In this document: positions 1-8,773 of the stretch, piece after piece
Layout of the letters: each line of letters opens with the position of its first letter
Numbering within the stretch: the stretch's first letter is position 1
Source: Sulfolobus acidocaldarius DSM 639
Lineage (GTDB): Archaea; Thermoproteota; Thermoprotei_A; Sulfolobales; Sulfolobaceae
Assembly (NCBI RefSeq): GCF_000012285.1
Contig: NC_007181.1
Location: 1,500,001-1,532,000 of the forward strand
Length of the DNA: 32,000 nt
Direction: 5' to 3'
The notes under the pieces: model-generated
Seen by the model: the letters and a program-made list of their open reading frames with translations, nothing else
Told to the model about the DNA's origin: nothing
Database searches by the model: none
Made by a program: the position numbers and the translations under genes

Positions 1-310
1 TTTCCCTTATTTCCATTACTTTCCATTTGTGGATTTCTTTGAATTTCACTGCAATTAAGGCTCTCCCTTCCATAGTAAACATAGAGAGAAACTCAAACAG
101 CTTTATCACTTGTCTGTCCTTCACTTTCACCTTATGTTCCCAAGTGCTCTTGCACTCTATAGCTAATAGGATGTTCCCTTTTGTAGCGAAAATGTCAGGT
201 AGTGGATTAGGAGAGGAATTAGACGTAGGTATTCTAACGGCATTAAAGCCCTCAGACCTTAAAATCGACACCAGTTCCCTTTCAGCACTTTTTCCAATGT
301 CTCTATTCAT
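1..310 (-). CDS. hje: Holliday junction resolvase, Hje/Hjc family; C-terminal end runs off the window (103 codons visible)
   Basis: My own minus-strand translation from the ATG at 310-308 gives [103 protein letters not shown]..., open to the window edge. It carries the archaeal Hjc nuclease-fold catalytic pattern E10 ... PD39 ... E52-x-K54 (IECK). It closely resembles the Sulfolobus Hje sequence as I remember it, rather than Hjc (which starts MNAKKRKGSAVER). It is not in the supplied ORF track. Confidence 0.8.
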   Translation of the reverse strand, partial: MNRDIGKSAERELVSILRSEGFNAVRIPTSNSSPNPLPDIFATKGNILLAIECKSTWEHKVKVKDRQVIKLFEFLSMFTMEGRALIAVKFKEIHKWKVMEIRE

Positions 311-335
311 TTGCACCAAAATTGTCTGATAAGCC

Positions 336-342
336 TTAAAAA
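336..342 (-). promoter_or_regulatory. TATA-like box for hje (TTTTTAA on the minus strand)
   Basis: The A/T heptamer ends 25 nt upstream of the minus-strand ATG at 310. This spacing fits Sulfolobales leaderless promoters, where the TATA is centred about 26-27 nt from the TSS. Confidence 0.4.
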
Positions 343-397
343 GGAGTGTGTCCCTACATAATGCACGTTAGTTGAATTTAAGTTGTTTCGTAGATAG

Positions 398-405
398 ATT
401 TATTT
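398..405 (+). promoter_or_regulatory. TATA-like box (ATTTATTT) for the Mo-hydroxylase gene
   Basis: It is centred about 29 nt upstream of ATG 431. It overlaps the TTG at 404 used by the ORF track, which argues that ATG 431 is the real (leaderless) start. Confidence 0.45.
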
Positions 406-430
406 GCTTCCTATACGGCAATATCATTTC

Positions 431-2524
431 ATGAAAAGAGTAGATGTTTACAATTCATTAATAGGAAGAGGAGGATATGTTGACGACCTTGAATTTAAGG
501 GTAAATACGCCTTCTTTCTAAGAAGTCCATATCCTCATGCTCGAATACTTAAGATAGACCCCACAGACGCAGTAAACAGAGGGGCTCTAGTTCTCACAGG
601 AAAAGACATTGTCACAAAACGTGTGGAGTCAGGAGAAAGGGAAGGGGCAGGTCTAAATACCTCTCTCTTAGCGATTAACAAGGCATTATATGTCGGTCAG
701 CCTGTTGCACTAGTTCTGGCAGACGATCCTTACAGGGCATCAGACCTGGCAGAGCTAGTACAGGTAGAGTATGAACCATTACAGGCAGTACCAAATATTG
801 ATAAGGCTTTGGAGAACAAAGTCCTGATATTTGAGGATTTAAAGAGTAACGTAGTCAGGGAACAGACTTTTGAGTTTGGAAAGGTGGAAAATAAAGGCAA
901 AAGCATAGAAATTAACCTTTATTGGTCCAGGAGTTCAGGTAATCCAATAGAGCCTTATGGTGCCCAAGTAATTCCAAAGGACGATGGGTTAATAGTTATT
1001 TCAAATCAGCAGGCGGGTAATGTGGTTTCCAACGAGCTTCAGAAAGCTTTGGGCGTTAAAGTAGTTCACAAGAATGCAAGACAGGGAGGAAGTTTTGGTG
1101 CGAAGTTCTCATTTGTAAGGTACTTGTCTGTGTTGGGTTATGCATCTTTGAAATATAAGGTTCCAATTAAGTGGATTGAAACCAGAAGTGAACACTTATT
1201 AGCATCTAATAGCAGTGGTCCTGAAAGAAAGTTCAAGATCAATGCCTATTATAGCTCTGATGGTAAAGTTAATGCTCTCGACATCCATTTGTGGGAAGAT
1301 GTAGGTGCATCAATAGATTCAGGTCAAGCGTTCAAACCTTTAGGTTTCCTTACTGGACCTTACAAGATACCTAATATCAGGTATACAGGGACTTTAGTTG
1401 CAACAAACAAGAACCCACCTGGTGCTTTCAGGGGAGCAGGTACTCCTCCTCACACATGGGCTTTGGAGAGAGTCATGGATGCAATAGCTGACGACTTAGG
1501 TATTAGTAGAGCTGAAATAAGGAAAATTAATGCCATTGACACATTCCCCTATGACACAGGTTTTGCGTACATAGATTCTGGAAATCCAAAAGGTCTGTTA
1601 GAATTAGCTTTGTCCAGGAAAGACATATTTTCAATGAGAGATGAGAGGACTGGAGTTGGGATAGCGTTATCCACAGACCCAAGCACACCCTCAGGAAGTG
1701 AGAGAGTAAAGATAAAAGTGAAGAACGGTAAAATCGTAATTGGCTTAGGTTTTGGAGCAGAGGGACAAGGGAATGAACATACAGCAGTGTATTTAGCTTC
1801 AAAGCTTCTAGGTTTACCAACTGAAGACATAACATATGAGGCTCTAGATAACACTGAGTTACCCACGTCTTTTGGACCCGGCGGAAGTAGGATGGCTGCA
1901 TTCACTTATGGCTCAGTTTCAGGAGCTGTAGAGGAATTAAAGGCTAAAACCAGGAGGAAGGCTGAGGCTGTTTTGGGGGATAAGGTATCATATGAGAACG
2001 GATACTTTGTTGGTGAAAAAGGTGGAAAGATCAAGATCACCCAGTTTGAGGGAGAAGAAGTAGAGTTTACCTATACTCTTCAGGGCAAATACAGGTTTAA
2101 CGCATATCCTTTTGCCTGTGATTTAGCAGTTGTAAGAATTGAAGACGGTAAGATTAAACCCATAAAGCATGTTGTGTACATTGACCCAGGTAATCCGATC
2201 GACGAAGACCTAGTTAAAGAGCAGGTAATAGGTGGTACAGCTACTGGTATTGCATTGGCTTTATATGAAAGATATCTTTATGACGACAACGGTAATCTAC
2301 TCACTACAAACCTTGCCGATTACGGTATGCCGACTGCGGCAGATTTACCAGATATCGAGGTAAATATAGTTCCAACTCCATCACAGGTTACTCCCTACGG
2401 TGTTAAAGGAGTAGGAGAGATTCCTGTGGGTGTGGCTGTAGCCGCAGTTACCAGTGCAATTGAGGATGTAATAAAGAGAAGAATAACAAAGGTGCCCGTA
2501 AACTTAGAGGATTTATGGTCTTGA
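431..2524 (+). CDS. Molybdopterin-binding large subunit of the xanthine dehydrogenase / aldehyde oxidoreductase / CoxL (CutA-like) family
   Basis: The ORF track gives 404..2524 (TTG start). I prefer ATG 431 (MKRVDVYNS...). Family motifs read in the translation: N-terminal hammerhead-type segment GRGGYVDDLEF...LRSPYPHARILKID, GGSFGAK, ETRSEHL, GAFRGAGTPP, and C-terminal GVGEIPVGVAVAAVTSAIEDV (catalytic Glu context). Confidence 0.85.
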   Translation: MKRVDVYNSLIGRGGYVDDLEFKGKYAFFLRSPYPHARILKIDPTDAVNRGALVLTGKDIVTKRVESGEREGAGLNTSLLAINKALYVGQPVALVLADDPYRASDLAELVQVEYEPLQAVPNIDKALENKVLIFEDLKSNVVREQTFEFGKVENKGKSIEINLYWSRSSGNPIEPYGAQVIPKDDGLIVISNQQAGNVVSNELQKALGVKVVHKNARQGGSFGAKFSFVRYLSVLGYASLKYKVPIKWIETRSEHLLASNSSGPERKFKINAYYSSDGKVNALDIHLWEDVGASIDSGQAFKPLGFLTGPYKIPNIRYTGTLVATNKNPPGAFRGAGTPPHTWALERVMDAIADDLGISRAEIRKINAIDTFPYDTGFAYIDSGNPKGLLELALSRKDIFSMRDERTGVGIALSTDPSTPSGSERVKIKVKNGKIVIGLGFGAEGQGNEHTAVYLASKLLGLPTEDITYEALDNTELPTSFGPGGSRMAAFTYGSVSGAVEELKAKTRRKAEAVLGDKVSYENGYFVGEKGGKIKITQFEGEEVEFTYTLQGKYRFNAYPFACDLAVVRIEDGKIKPIKHVVYIDPGNPIDEDLVKEQVIGGTATGIALALYERYLYDDNGNLLTTNLADYGMPTAADLPDIEVNIVPTPSQVTPYGVKGVGEIPVGVAVAAVTSAIEDVIKRRITKVPVNLEDLWS

Positions 2525-2801
2525 AATAGAAATAACATACTACAAGGAATACACTTTTATGATCTCGACTTTACTGTATCAGGATTGGTTAATCATATGA
2601 AAATATTTTTGGTAAAGATTTTAGGAAGGTGAACACACCAATTTATGGCTAATTAATTAAGTTAATACTCTTTAATTTCTCATAATTTCTAGTATAATAA
2701 AAATATATAAATGTTAGAGCTACCAACTAGAAATAACTTCATTGAAACAGTAGGTGTATAGCAGACCCTATTATGCAGAATGAAAAACACATAACACTCC
2801 C

Positions 2802-4274
2802 CTATTCTTCTACCCTAATTTCAGCTAGCTTCCTTTCCTCTCCTTCCATTAACCATTTTACGGCTAACTGATAGTCCTCAAACTCCTTAGCCCTAAAATC
2901 ATAAGCCTCTGCTATCCTCCAAGGGTGTGTTTCAGGAGAGAAGAAGTCACGTTTGTATCCTGCCCTGGATCTTAAAGCCTCATAACCACTGTTGTTTATA
3001 ATCAGTATCTTGACTCGCAAATCATATCTTGATGCTGTCCATATTGCCTGAGGCGCATAGTTGAAACTCCCATCACCCATTATAACTAGTGACTTTCCAC
3101 CAGCAGATGCGTATCCGACACCAGCAGGAAGTGCCCATCCTAGTAGTCCAGACCTATTAGAGTAAAATCTTGTTGAGGAGAATAGCTCTCTTATTTCTTC
3201 ACCTTGTGAAGAGGCTTCTCCAAAAACAGTGTAACCGTCAGTGTAACTCAAGAGTAATTTAAGCATATTACTTATCTTTTCGTTTCTCCTCTTCTGCCTT
3301 TGTATAATCCTACTTGGACTACTTCTGGGGGTAATCAGCTCATTAAGTTTGCCTGTAAAGTACTTCAAATTACACACTATAGTGTTCCACGGTCTTTTCC
3401 TAGCTTCGTTTACATCTGAGGTGACTTGGATTACGTTCTTCCAGTGAATGTCTTCATCCATGTAGAGTACTCTGTGGAGTTCACCCCCAAGGACTAGGAC
3501 TAGATCGTAATTCCTTATTATCTTGTTTAACTCACTGGCTCTTGTGGGTAGGGTGTCATTTACTCTTATACCTGATGATCTGGACAAATAAGGTTCAGCG
3601 TATATTGGGCAGTTCAGTTTATTGGAAAGATGCATAACCTCTTGGGAGGCATCAAATGTTTCAATCTCGTATCCTGCAACTATAGCAATCTGGCTACTAC
3701 TCTTGATTTTTTCAACTGTGTCAATTATTACAGACTCGGAGCACATATTCCCTTCTACAACTTTGCCATAGTTTACGTCTTCATCTGATATATCCTCTAT
3801 TATGTCATAGGGTAACGAAACTACTACTGGACCGTAAGGATAGGTTAAACAAGTCCTTATGGCTCTGTTCATGAACTTGATCGTCTCCTTACTGTTTTTA
3901 ATCTCCACATATTCCTTCACAGAGGGTAATGAGGAGAAATTGTAGTACAACATAGGCTCCTCTGGAGAACTATATGATGGTTGCTGTCCAGCAATAATGA
4001 GCAATGGCGATTTGTTACGATAGGCTGAGTAAATATATCCAAAGGAATTTGACAGTCCAGGACCTGCATGAAGGTTTACAACTCCTAGGTTACGTGATTT
4101 CAGATAATATCCCTCACTTAAACCCACTGCAACACCGTCATGAAGAGCTAAATAGTACTTCATGTTATTTGGAAGGTATTTTAAAAAGTGAAGTTCCGTT
4201 GTGCCGGGATTACCATAGATTGAGTTAGTGTATTTGCTCAAGAGGTCGTAAATCTGCTGAGCTATAGTAGGCAT
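2802..4274 (-). CDS. Thiamine-diphosphate-dependent enzyme, benzoylformate decarboxylase-like
   Basis: 490 aa. The N-terminal region YGNPGTTELHFLKYLPNNMKYYLALHDGVAVGLSEGYYLKSRNLGVVNLHAGPGLSNSFGYIYSAYRNKSPLLIIAGQQ runs almost position-for-position parallel to Pseudomonas putida BFD ([39 protein letters not shown]...LIVTAGQQ, from memory). The ThDP/Mg motif is IMGDGSFNY...ILIINNSGY (GDG-x24-NN). Confidence 0.85.
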   Translation of the reverse strand: MPTIAQQIYDLLSKYTNSIYGNPGTTELHFLKYLPNNMKYYLALHDGVAVGLSEGYYLKSRNLGVVNLHAGPGLSNSFGYIYSAYRNKSPLLIIAGQQPSYSSPEEPMLYYNFSSLPSVKEYVEIKNSKETIKFMNRAIRTCLTYPYGPVVVSLPYDIIEDISDEDVNYGKVVEGNMCSESVIIDTVEKIKSSSQIAIVAGYEIETFDASQEVMHLSNKLNCPIYAEPYLSRSSGIRVNDTLPTRASELNKIIRNYDLVLVLGGELHRVLYMDEDIHWKNVIQVTSDVNEARKRPWNTIVCNLKYFTGKLNELITPRSSPSRIIQRQKRRNEKISNMLKLLLSYTDGYTVFGEASSQGEEIRELFSSTRFYSNRSGLLGWALPAGVGYASAGGKSLVIMGDGSFNYAPQAIWTASRYDLRVKILIINNSGYEALRSRAGYKRDFFSPETHPWRIAEAYDFRAKEFEDYQLAVKWLMEGEERKLAEIRVEE

Positions 4275-4295
4275 GAAGAGTTATTTTACTGTGGC

Positions 4296-4305
4296 TTAAT
4301 ATAAA
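4296..4305 (-). promoter_or_regulatory. TATA-like box (TTTATATTAA on the minus strand) for the ThDP enzyme gene
   Basis: Centred about 26 nt upstream of the minus-strand ATG at 4274. Confidence 0.45.
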
Positions 4306-4454
4306 GTTTTTCTCTTTAATTTCTTTTAAAATTTTAGTCATTTAAGGCTTCCGATAGAATAGCCAAACTAAACTCTAAAATAATATTTATGAATATATAA
4401 ATAATAAATTCGAATAGTTAAGCTTAATATTTAATTTAATATAAGATAAGTGAA

Positions 4455-4646
4455 ATGGCAGTAAAATTTTACCCAATAGTAGGAGTACTAGCCCTAGTGT
4501 TCGTTATACTGTACTCGCTATTGCCACTTTACTCAACTACAAGCCCCACGTTTTTGGGACTGCCAATGTTCTACTGGTACCAAATGATCCTCATGCCAAT
4601 AGGCGCCATAGTGTTCTTCATAGTAATTTTAGTTATAAAGGATTGA
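4455..4646 (+). CDS. Small two-TM membrane protein (DUF3311-like), partner of the downstream SSS transporter
   Basis: 63 aa with two hydrophobic helices and a central [12 protein letters not shown] segment. Its stop is 4 nt before the SSS start. A small DUF3311 protein directly upstream of a sodium:solute symporter is a recurrent arrangement. Confidence 0.55.
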   Translation: MAVKFYPIVGVLALVFVILYSLLPLYSTTSPTFLGLPMFYWYQMILMPIGAIVFFIVILVIKD

Positions 4647-4650
4647 GACT

Positions 4651-6231
4651 ATGGACGGCTTACATGTTTCAATTCTATCGTTGGTAATATTCATAGTTCT
4701 TTTTGCAGTATTCGTTTACCTCGGATTTTATGCCAGTAGGTGGAGAAAAGGAGATCTATCTAAACTCCCTGAATGGGCACTGGCAGGAAGAAAACTAGGT
4801 CCATACCTAATGTGGTTCTTACTAACAGCTGATTTGTTCACTGCATATACCTTTATCGCAGTTCCATCATTAGTTCTGGCAAGCGGTCCCATTGGTTTTT
4901 ACGCTGCATTCTACTCTGGTGTGACTGCGTTTATAGCATTACTCTTTATGCCAAGATTATGGGCAGTCTCACGGAATAAGGGTTATGTTACGGCTGCGGA
5001 TTTTGTAAAGGACAGGTTTAATAGTAAGACCCTAGCAGGGTTAGTTGCTGTTACTGGTGTAGTTGCAGAGTTACCTTACATAGCTTTACAAATAGTTGGA
5101 ATGCAAGCTGCCCTCTCAATATTACTTTTAGGCTTAGGTGTTAGCAATATATCGTTGGTGAATGACCTCAGTCTGCTAGTATCGTTTATAATTTTGGCTG
5201 CGTTTGTATTTACAAGCGGACTAAGAGGAGCCGCACTTACTGCAGTTTATAAGGACATAATAATACTAGCTACAGTTATCACAGTTGCAATTTACGTTCC
5301 TTTAGCATTTGGAGGGTTCTCAGCTGCCTTTAGTAATGCTGCAACATACAGTAGTCAAGTGAACAGTGCTTTAAATGGTGTTAACAAGCCAATATTTTAC
5401 CAGTATCTGCAGAGCACAGTGTCAAATAATCTTGCCTACATCTCGTTAGCTATAGGTAGTGCTTTCGCACTATATCTTTACCCACATGCGGTCAATGGAA
5501 GTGTTAGTGCAGACTCTAAAAAGTCGTTAAAGATATCCTTAGCTCTGCAACCATTTTACTCACTAATATTAGCGATCATAGCCTTATTTGGAATCTTAGT
5601 TTACGCAAATACCAATGTCTTGAATTTTATCATTCATGCGAAGAGCGGAGCAGTTGCAGTTCCAGCCCTAATTGGTTACACCATGCCAGACTGGTTTGTG
5701 GGTGTAGCATTACTGGGGATATTCATTGGTGGGCTCGTTCCTGCTGCAATCATGGCTATAGGTGCAGCAAATCTACTGACCAGAAATATAATAAAGGAGT
5801 TAAAGCCTAATATGTCCCCTAACACTGAGTCATCATTAGCCAAATGGATATCTACTGCGTTCAAGTTCATTGCACTAGCGCTTGTATTCACTGTGCCCGC
5901 AACTTATGCAATACAACTACAACTATTGGGCGGTGTAATAATACTTCAAACCCTTCCACCACTCTTCCTTGGATTATATACTCACAAGCTTAATAGTCAT
6001 TCACTGATTGCAGGTTGGGTGGCAGGAATGTTTAGCGGAATATATTTAACAATGTTAGCAAATCACTTTGGACCAATAAAGACAACATCCTTTATAACAC
6101 CCATAGGAGTTATGTACATAGGTGCAATCTCTGTTATAATTAACGTTGCAATAGGACTAATCGGTACAGCTATAGCATATGGAGTGGGCTGGAGACCTAG
6201 AACGGGGGTTAAGACAGAGGAGTTAGTGTAA
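4651..6231 (+). CDS. Sodium:solute symporter (SSS) family transporter
   Basis: 526 aa with about 13 hydrophobic segments. The N-terminal pattern [43 protein letters not shown] is typical of the SSS family. Confidence 0.8.
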   Translation: MDGLHVSILSLVIFIVLFAVFVYLGFYASRWRKGDLSKLPEWALAGRKLGPYLMWFLLTADLFTAYTFIAVPSLVLASGPIGFYAAFYSGVTAFIALLFMPRLWAVSRNKGYVTAADFVKDRFNSKTLAGLVAVTGVVAELPYIALQIVGMQAALSILLLGLGVSNISLVNDLSLLVSFIILAAFVFTSGLRGAALTAVYKDIIILATVITVAIYVPLAFGGFSAAFSNAATYSSQVNSALNGVNKPIFYQYLQSTVSNNLAYISLAIGSAFALYLYPHAVNGSVSADSKKSLKISLALQPFYSLILAIIALFGILVYANTNVLNFIIHAKSGAVAVPALIGYTMPDWFVGVALLGIFIGGLVPAAIMAIGAANLLTRNIIKELKPNMSPNTESSLAKWISTAFKFIALALVFTVPATYAIQLQLLGGVIILQTLPPLFLGLYTHKLNSHSLIAGWVAGMFSGIYLTMLANHFGPIKTTSFITPIGVMYIGAISVIINVAIGLIGTAIAYGVGWRPRTGVKTEELV

Positions 6232-6259
6232 AAGACATGTGACCAAAAATATAACCAAG

Positions 6260-6265
6260 TTTTTT
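6260..6265 (+). terminator. T6 tract downstream of the SSS gene
   Basis: TTTTTT lies 29 nt after the stop. Oligo-T tracts are the known termination signal in Sulfolobus. Confidence 0.3.
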
Positions 6266-6314
6266 CCCACCCCTTTTCCTCTTTAAGAATATTTTACGCT
6301 CTATTTGTTTAACT

Positions 6315-7382
6315 TCATTTGGTATCACGATGTTGTAACCGAGAACTAGATCTTTTACCAAGGACTAAGCCAAGGGTAACTATTAGGGCTAAGGTACTCA
6401 AAGTCACAATCTGAATTGAGAGTGTACCTGATGAAGTTACCACACTATAAATCCCATAGGAAAAAGGTAACAGGGAGAGAAATCCTAGAAATCGGTATAA
6501 AATGGATTTATAAAACTTGAATAAGGAGGGAAAAGAGAGGAGGAGACTCAAGTATAATAACATTACTGAGGGGTATATTAAGTACGTATAGAAAAATTCA
6601 TAATCTAAAGTCCCTAGCGTAGAGAGGACAGTTGCTACAACAGAGAGAATATATATATTGTTCTTCTTTACTCTTAGTTCATGTCTTAAAAGATTATTTA
6701 GCATGAGGAATTCAGCTAGGACTAGACCGAAGTTACCTAAGCTTATACCATACACGGAGATAGAATTAGGCATCATAAAGGATCCATAAAGTAAAAATAT
6801 TGACGAGATACCATAGCCTAAAAGAATATAATGGGAAAAACGCTTATCGCCCTTTATAAATGTGGAAAGAGTTACGCATACTACGACTAATGACGACGAG
6901 AGTATGTTAAGGAATAGGTACGATATGGAAGCAGGTAGGACACTAACGTTAAACTTCCACCCCACAGGTAAGACAAATACAATTTGTGCCAACATTATAA
7001 CTGGAAAGGCGTAGTAACCATATTCAGTAACCGCTAAAATTGAGGACAGGCTTACCAGGATAAACGTTAAGAGGATAGCGGTTAACCCTGACAGGTTTAA
7101 AACATAATATGCAATATACAACGGCGTGTATATAACATAAAGATAATAACTTACTAGCCAACTGCCCAGAAAAACTTTAGACACCAAAGGGCTTAGTCTT
7201 TTAGTGTAACCGTAAAGACCGGAGTAGTTCCAGTCCACGTTAACTAATAAGTAGGTTATGTAGGCAATGTCGAAACCTAGAGCTATAGAGAACAAGGAAA
7301 TAAAAGGAGAAAAGTGTACTGTAGCCAGAATTCCAGGGGCTAATGTGCTCATTATAAGTGAAAATAATAGTATTCTTTTCAT
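6315..7382 (-). CDS. Polytopic integral membrane protein, function unknown
   Basis: 355 aa, almost entirely hydrophobic helices (about 10-11 TM), with a basic C-terminal tail. I recognise no diagnostic motif. Confidence 0.6.
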   Translation of the reverse strand: MKRILLFSLIMSTLAPGILATVHFSPFISLFSIALGFDIAYITYLLVNVDWNYSGLYGYTKRLSPLVSKVFLGSWLVSYYLYVIYTPLYIAYYVLNLSGLTAILLTFILVSLSSILAVTEYGYYAFPVIMLAQIVFVLPVGWKFNVSVLPASISYLFLNILSSSLVVVCVTLSTFIKGDKRFSHYILLGYGISSIFLLYGSFMMPNSISVYGISLGNFGLVLAEFLMLNNLLRHELRVKKNNIYILSVVATVLSTLGTLDYEFFYTYLIYPSVMLLYLSLLLSFPSLFKFYKSILYRFLGFLSLLPFSYGIYSVVTSSGTLSIQIVTLSTLALIVTLGLVLGKRSSSRLQHRDTK

Positions 7383-7531
7383 TATGTAGATCGAATATAT
7401 ACTGTTTATTATTTTTTATTCCAAATTTTAAATCAATTTTTTGTCCTTTAAATTAGTTTCATTACGTGAAATGGTAAATGTTTAGAAGTAAAGTTCCGTA
7501 TTTCAGGGCTTGAGAATTAATTTTGGCAAAA

Positions 7532-7538
7532 ATTTAAA
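7532..7538 (+). promoter_or_regulatory. TATA-like box (ATTTAAA within AAAAATTTAAAG) for soxE
   Basis: Centred about 29 nt upstream of ATG 7564. Confidence 0.45.
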
Positions 7539-7563
7539 GCTATCTATCTAATTATCATCATTT

Positions 7564-8253
7564 ATGAAAACTTCAACATTAATAGCAATAATAGTTGTAA
7601 TAATAGTTGTACTCGGCGTTGTGGTATACTTGGCAACAAGGATAGGTGGTACCTCAAGTGGTACTTCGCAATCAAGCTCCTCGTTGTCATCGAGCTCCTC
7701 ATCCATATCTTCATCATTGCCCTCAGGAGCTTATGCCTTACCTTATAACTCCAACAATAAGACAGTCTTTATATATCTAGTTGTCTCATCATCTTCCTCT
7801 AATCTGTTCAACTTCAATGGTACTTCTGACGGCTCTCTTAAAATATATGTCCCGGCAGGATGGAACGTAATGGTAATTTTAAAGAACACAGAATCTCTTC
7901 CTCATAATGCTAACATTGTGCAGAATAACACGCCAATACCTAATAGCATTAATATATCAAGCGACGGAAAGATAATACTCTATGTAGGAGACGGTCCTTC
8001 CAACTACTACAGTTCTGGTGTTTCAAGCGGTAATGAGGCATCTGGAATGCTAGAGAATATTCCAGCTGGATACTATTGGATAGCGTGTGGACTTCCAGGT
8101 CATGCAAAAAACGGCATGTGGGTTGACTTAATAGTTTCAAGTACTATTTCCACTCCATATGCTATAATCTCCAATTCTATTACACTGCCATCTTCGTCAA
8201 CTACCACGTCCACATCGTCTTCCTCGTCAGCCCCAGGTTATATGTGGGGTTAG
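7564..8253 (+). CDS. soxE: Sulfocyanin-type blue copper protein (cupredoxin), membrane-anchored
   Basis: N-terminal TM helix (TLIAIIVVIIVVLGVVVYLA), a Ser-rich linker, then a cupredoxin domain with type-1 Cu ligands H114 (SLPHNANIV) and C175-x4-H180-x4-M185 (YWIACGLPGHAKNGMW). This is the sulfocyanin signature, and the overall layout matches S. acidocaldarius SoxE as I remember it. Confidence 0.85.
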   Translation: MKTSTLIAIIVVIIVVLGVVVYLATRIGGTSSGTSQSSSSLSSSSSSISSSLPSGAYALPYNSNNKTVFIYLVVSSSSSNLFNFNGTSDGSLKIYVPAGWNVMVILKNTESLPHNANIVQNNTPIPNSINISSDGKIILYVGDGPSNYYSSGVSSGNEASGMLENIPAGYYWIACGLPGHAKNGMWVDLIVSSTISTPYAIISNSITLPSSSTTTSTSSSSSAPGYMWG

Positions 8254-8271
8254 CCAGGTAGTGTGAAGATA

Positions 8272-8277
8272 TTTTTT
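8272..8277 (+). terminator. T6 tract downstream of soxE
   Basis: TTTTTT lies 19 nt after the stop, followed by further T-rich runs. Confidence 0.3.
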
Positions 8278-8356
8278 AGTTTATTATTTTTTATTTCGTA
8301 TTTAGTAATAAAAATAGCTCAAGTGAGTCCTTGTCTCGTTATCTATTAATATTTTG

Positions 8357-8773
8357 TCATAAGACTGAGGTTAAAGTCCCTGAGAAGGCACCATTTAAGA
8401 TGTTAAAAGCTATTACTAATCCGATGTAAGTTTGTAGGTATGGTACAACAAATAAGTAAGGAAGTAATGAGAAACCTAAATAACCTATCACAGTATATAT
8501 TCCTAACTTTCTTACCTGTTTTAAGCTCTCTTCCGCAACACTTGTCCTGATGGGGCTCACGAAAGCTCCAAATAATCCAAGTAAAATTAGTTGTATAATA
8601 CCTAGAGCAGGTGAAATGTAAAGTGAAATTATAGGAGAAACTTGTATACTTGTGGGAGGATAAAATGCCTTTATCACTAACGATATGATAAACATGGCAA
8701 TTGTTAAAATAAAAGAATAGCCTATCCCAGCTATTATATTCCATCCTAATAGTCTACTTGTTGCTGGTCTCAC
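8357..8773 (-). CDS. Small 4-TM membrane protein, last gene of the SPFH cluster
   Basis: 138 aa with four hydrophobic helices. Its start overlaps the end of the upstream SPFH-like gene by 20 nt, suggesting translational coupling. Confidence 0.6.
   Translation of the reverse strand: MRPATSRLLGWNIIAGIGYSFILTIAMFIISLVIKAFYPPTSIQVSPIISLYISPALGIIQLILLGLFGAFVSPIRTSVAEESLKQVRKLGIYTVIGYLGFSLLPYLFVVPYLQTYIGLVIAFNILNGAFSGTLTSVL

Noticed and set aside
27-329. 100-aa + strand ORF from the track
   Set aside because: It lies exactly antisense to a well-supported Hje/Hjc resolvase reading frame (1..310, minus) and has no recognisable motif. It is treated as a shadow ORF.
404-430. TTG-initiated 9-codon N-terminal extension of the Mo-hydroxylase (MLPIRQYHF)
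   Set aside because: The TATA-like box at 398-405 overlaps it, and ATG 431 gives the family-typical N-terminus.
1527-1905. Two overlapping minus-strand ORFs (124 and 118 aa) inside the Mo-hydroxylase gene
   Set aside because: They are antisense to a strongly supported gene, have low-complexity composition and lack a promoter context. The same reasoning applies to the antisense ORFs at 4004..4228, 5676..5891, 7949..8140, 8403..8744, 9001..9222, 9332..9526, 9950..10201, 13498..13725, 15887..16120, 16096..16284, 18974..19159, 20265..20468, 23666..23986, 25113..25364, 26160..26393, 28213..28449, 28790..29149, 28818..29090 and 31035..31292.
7515-7563. Possible C/D-box sRNA on the minus strand (AUGAUGA at 7563-7557, CUGA about 48 nt downstream)
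   Set aside because: There are no recognisable internal D'/C' boxes and no terminal stem, the C-to-D spacing is longer than typical archaeal sRNAs, and the C box overlaps the sulfocyanin ATG and promoter. It is probably coincidental.
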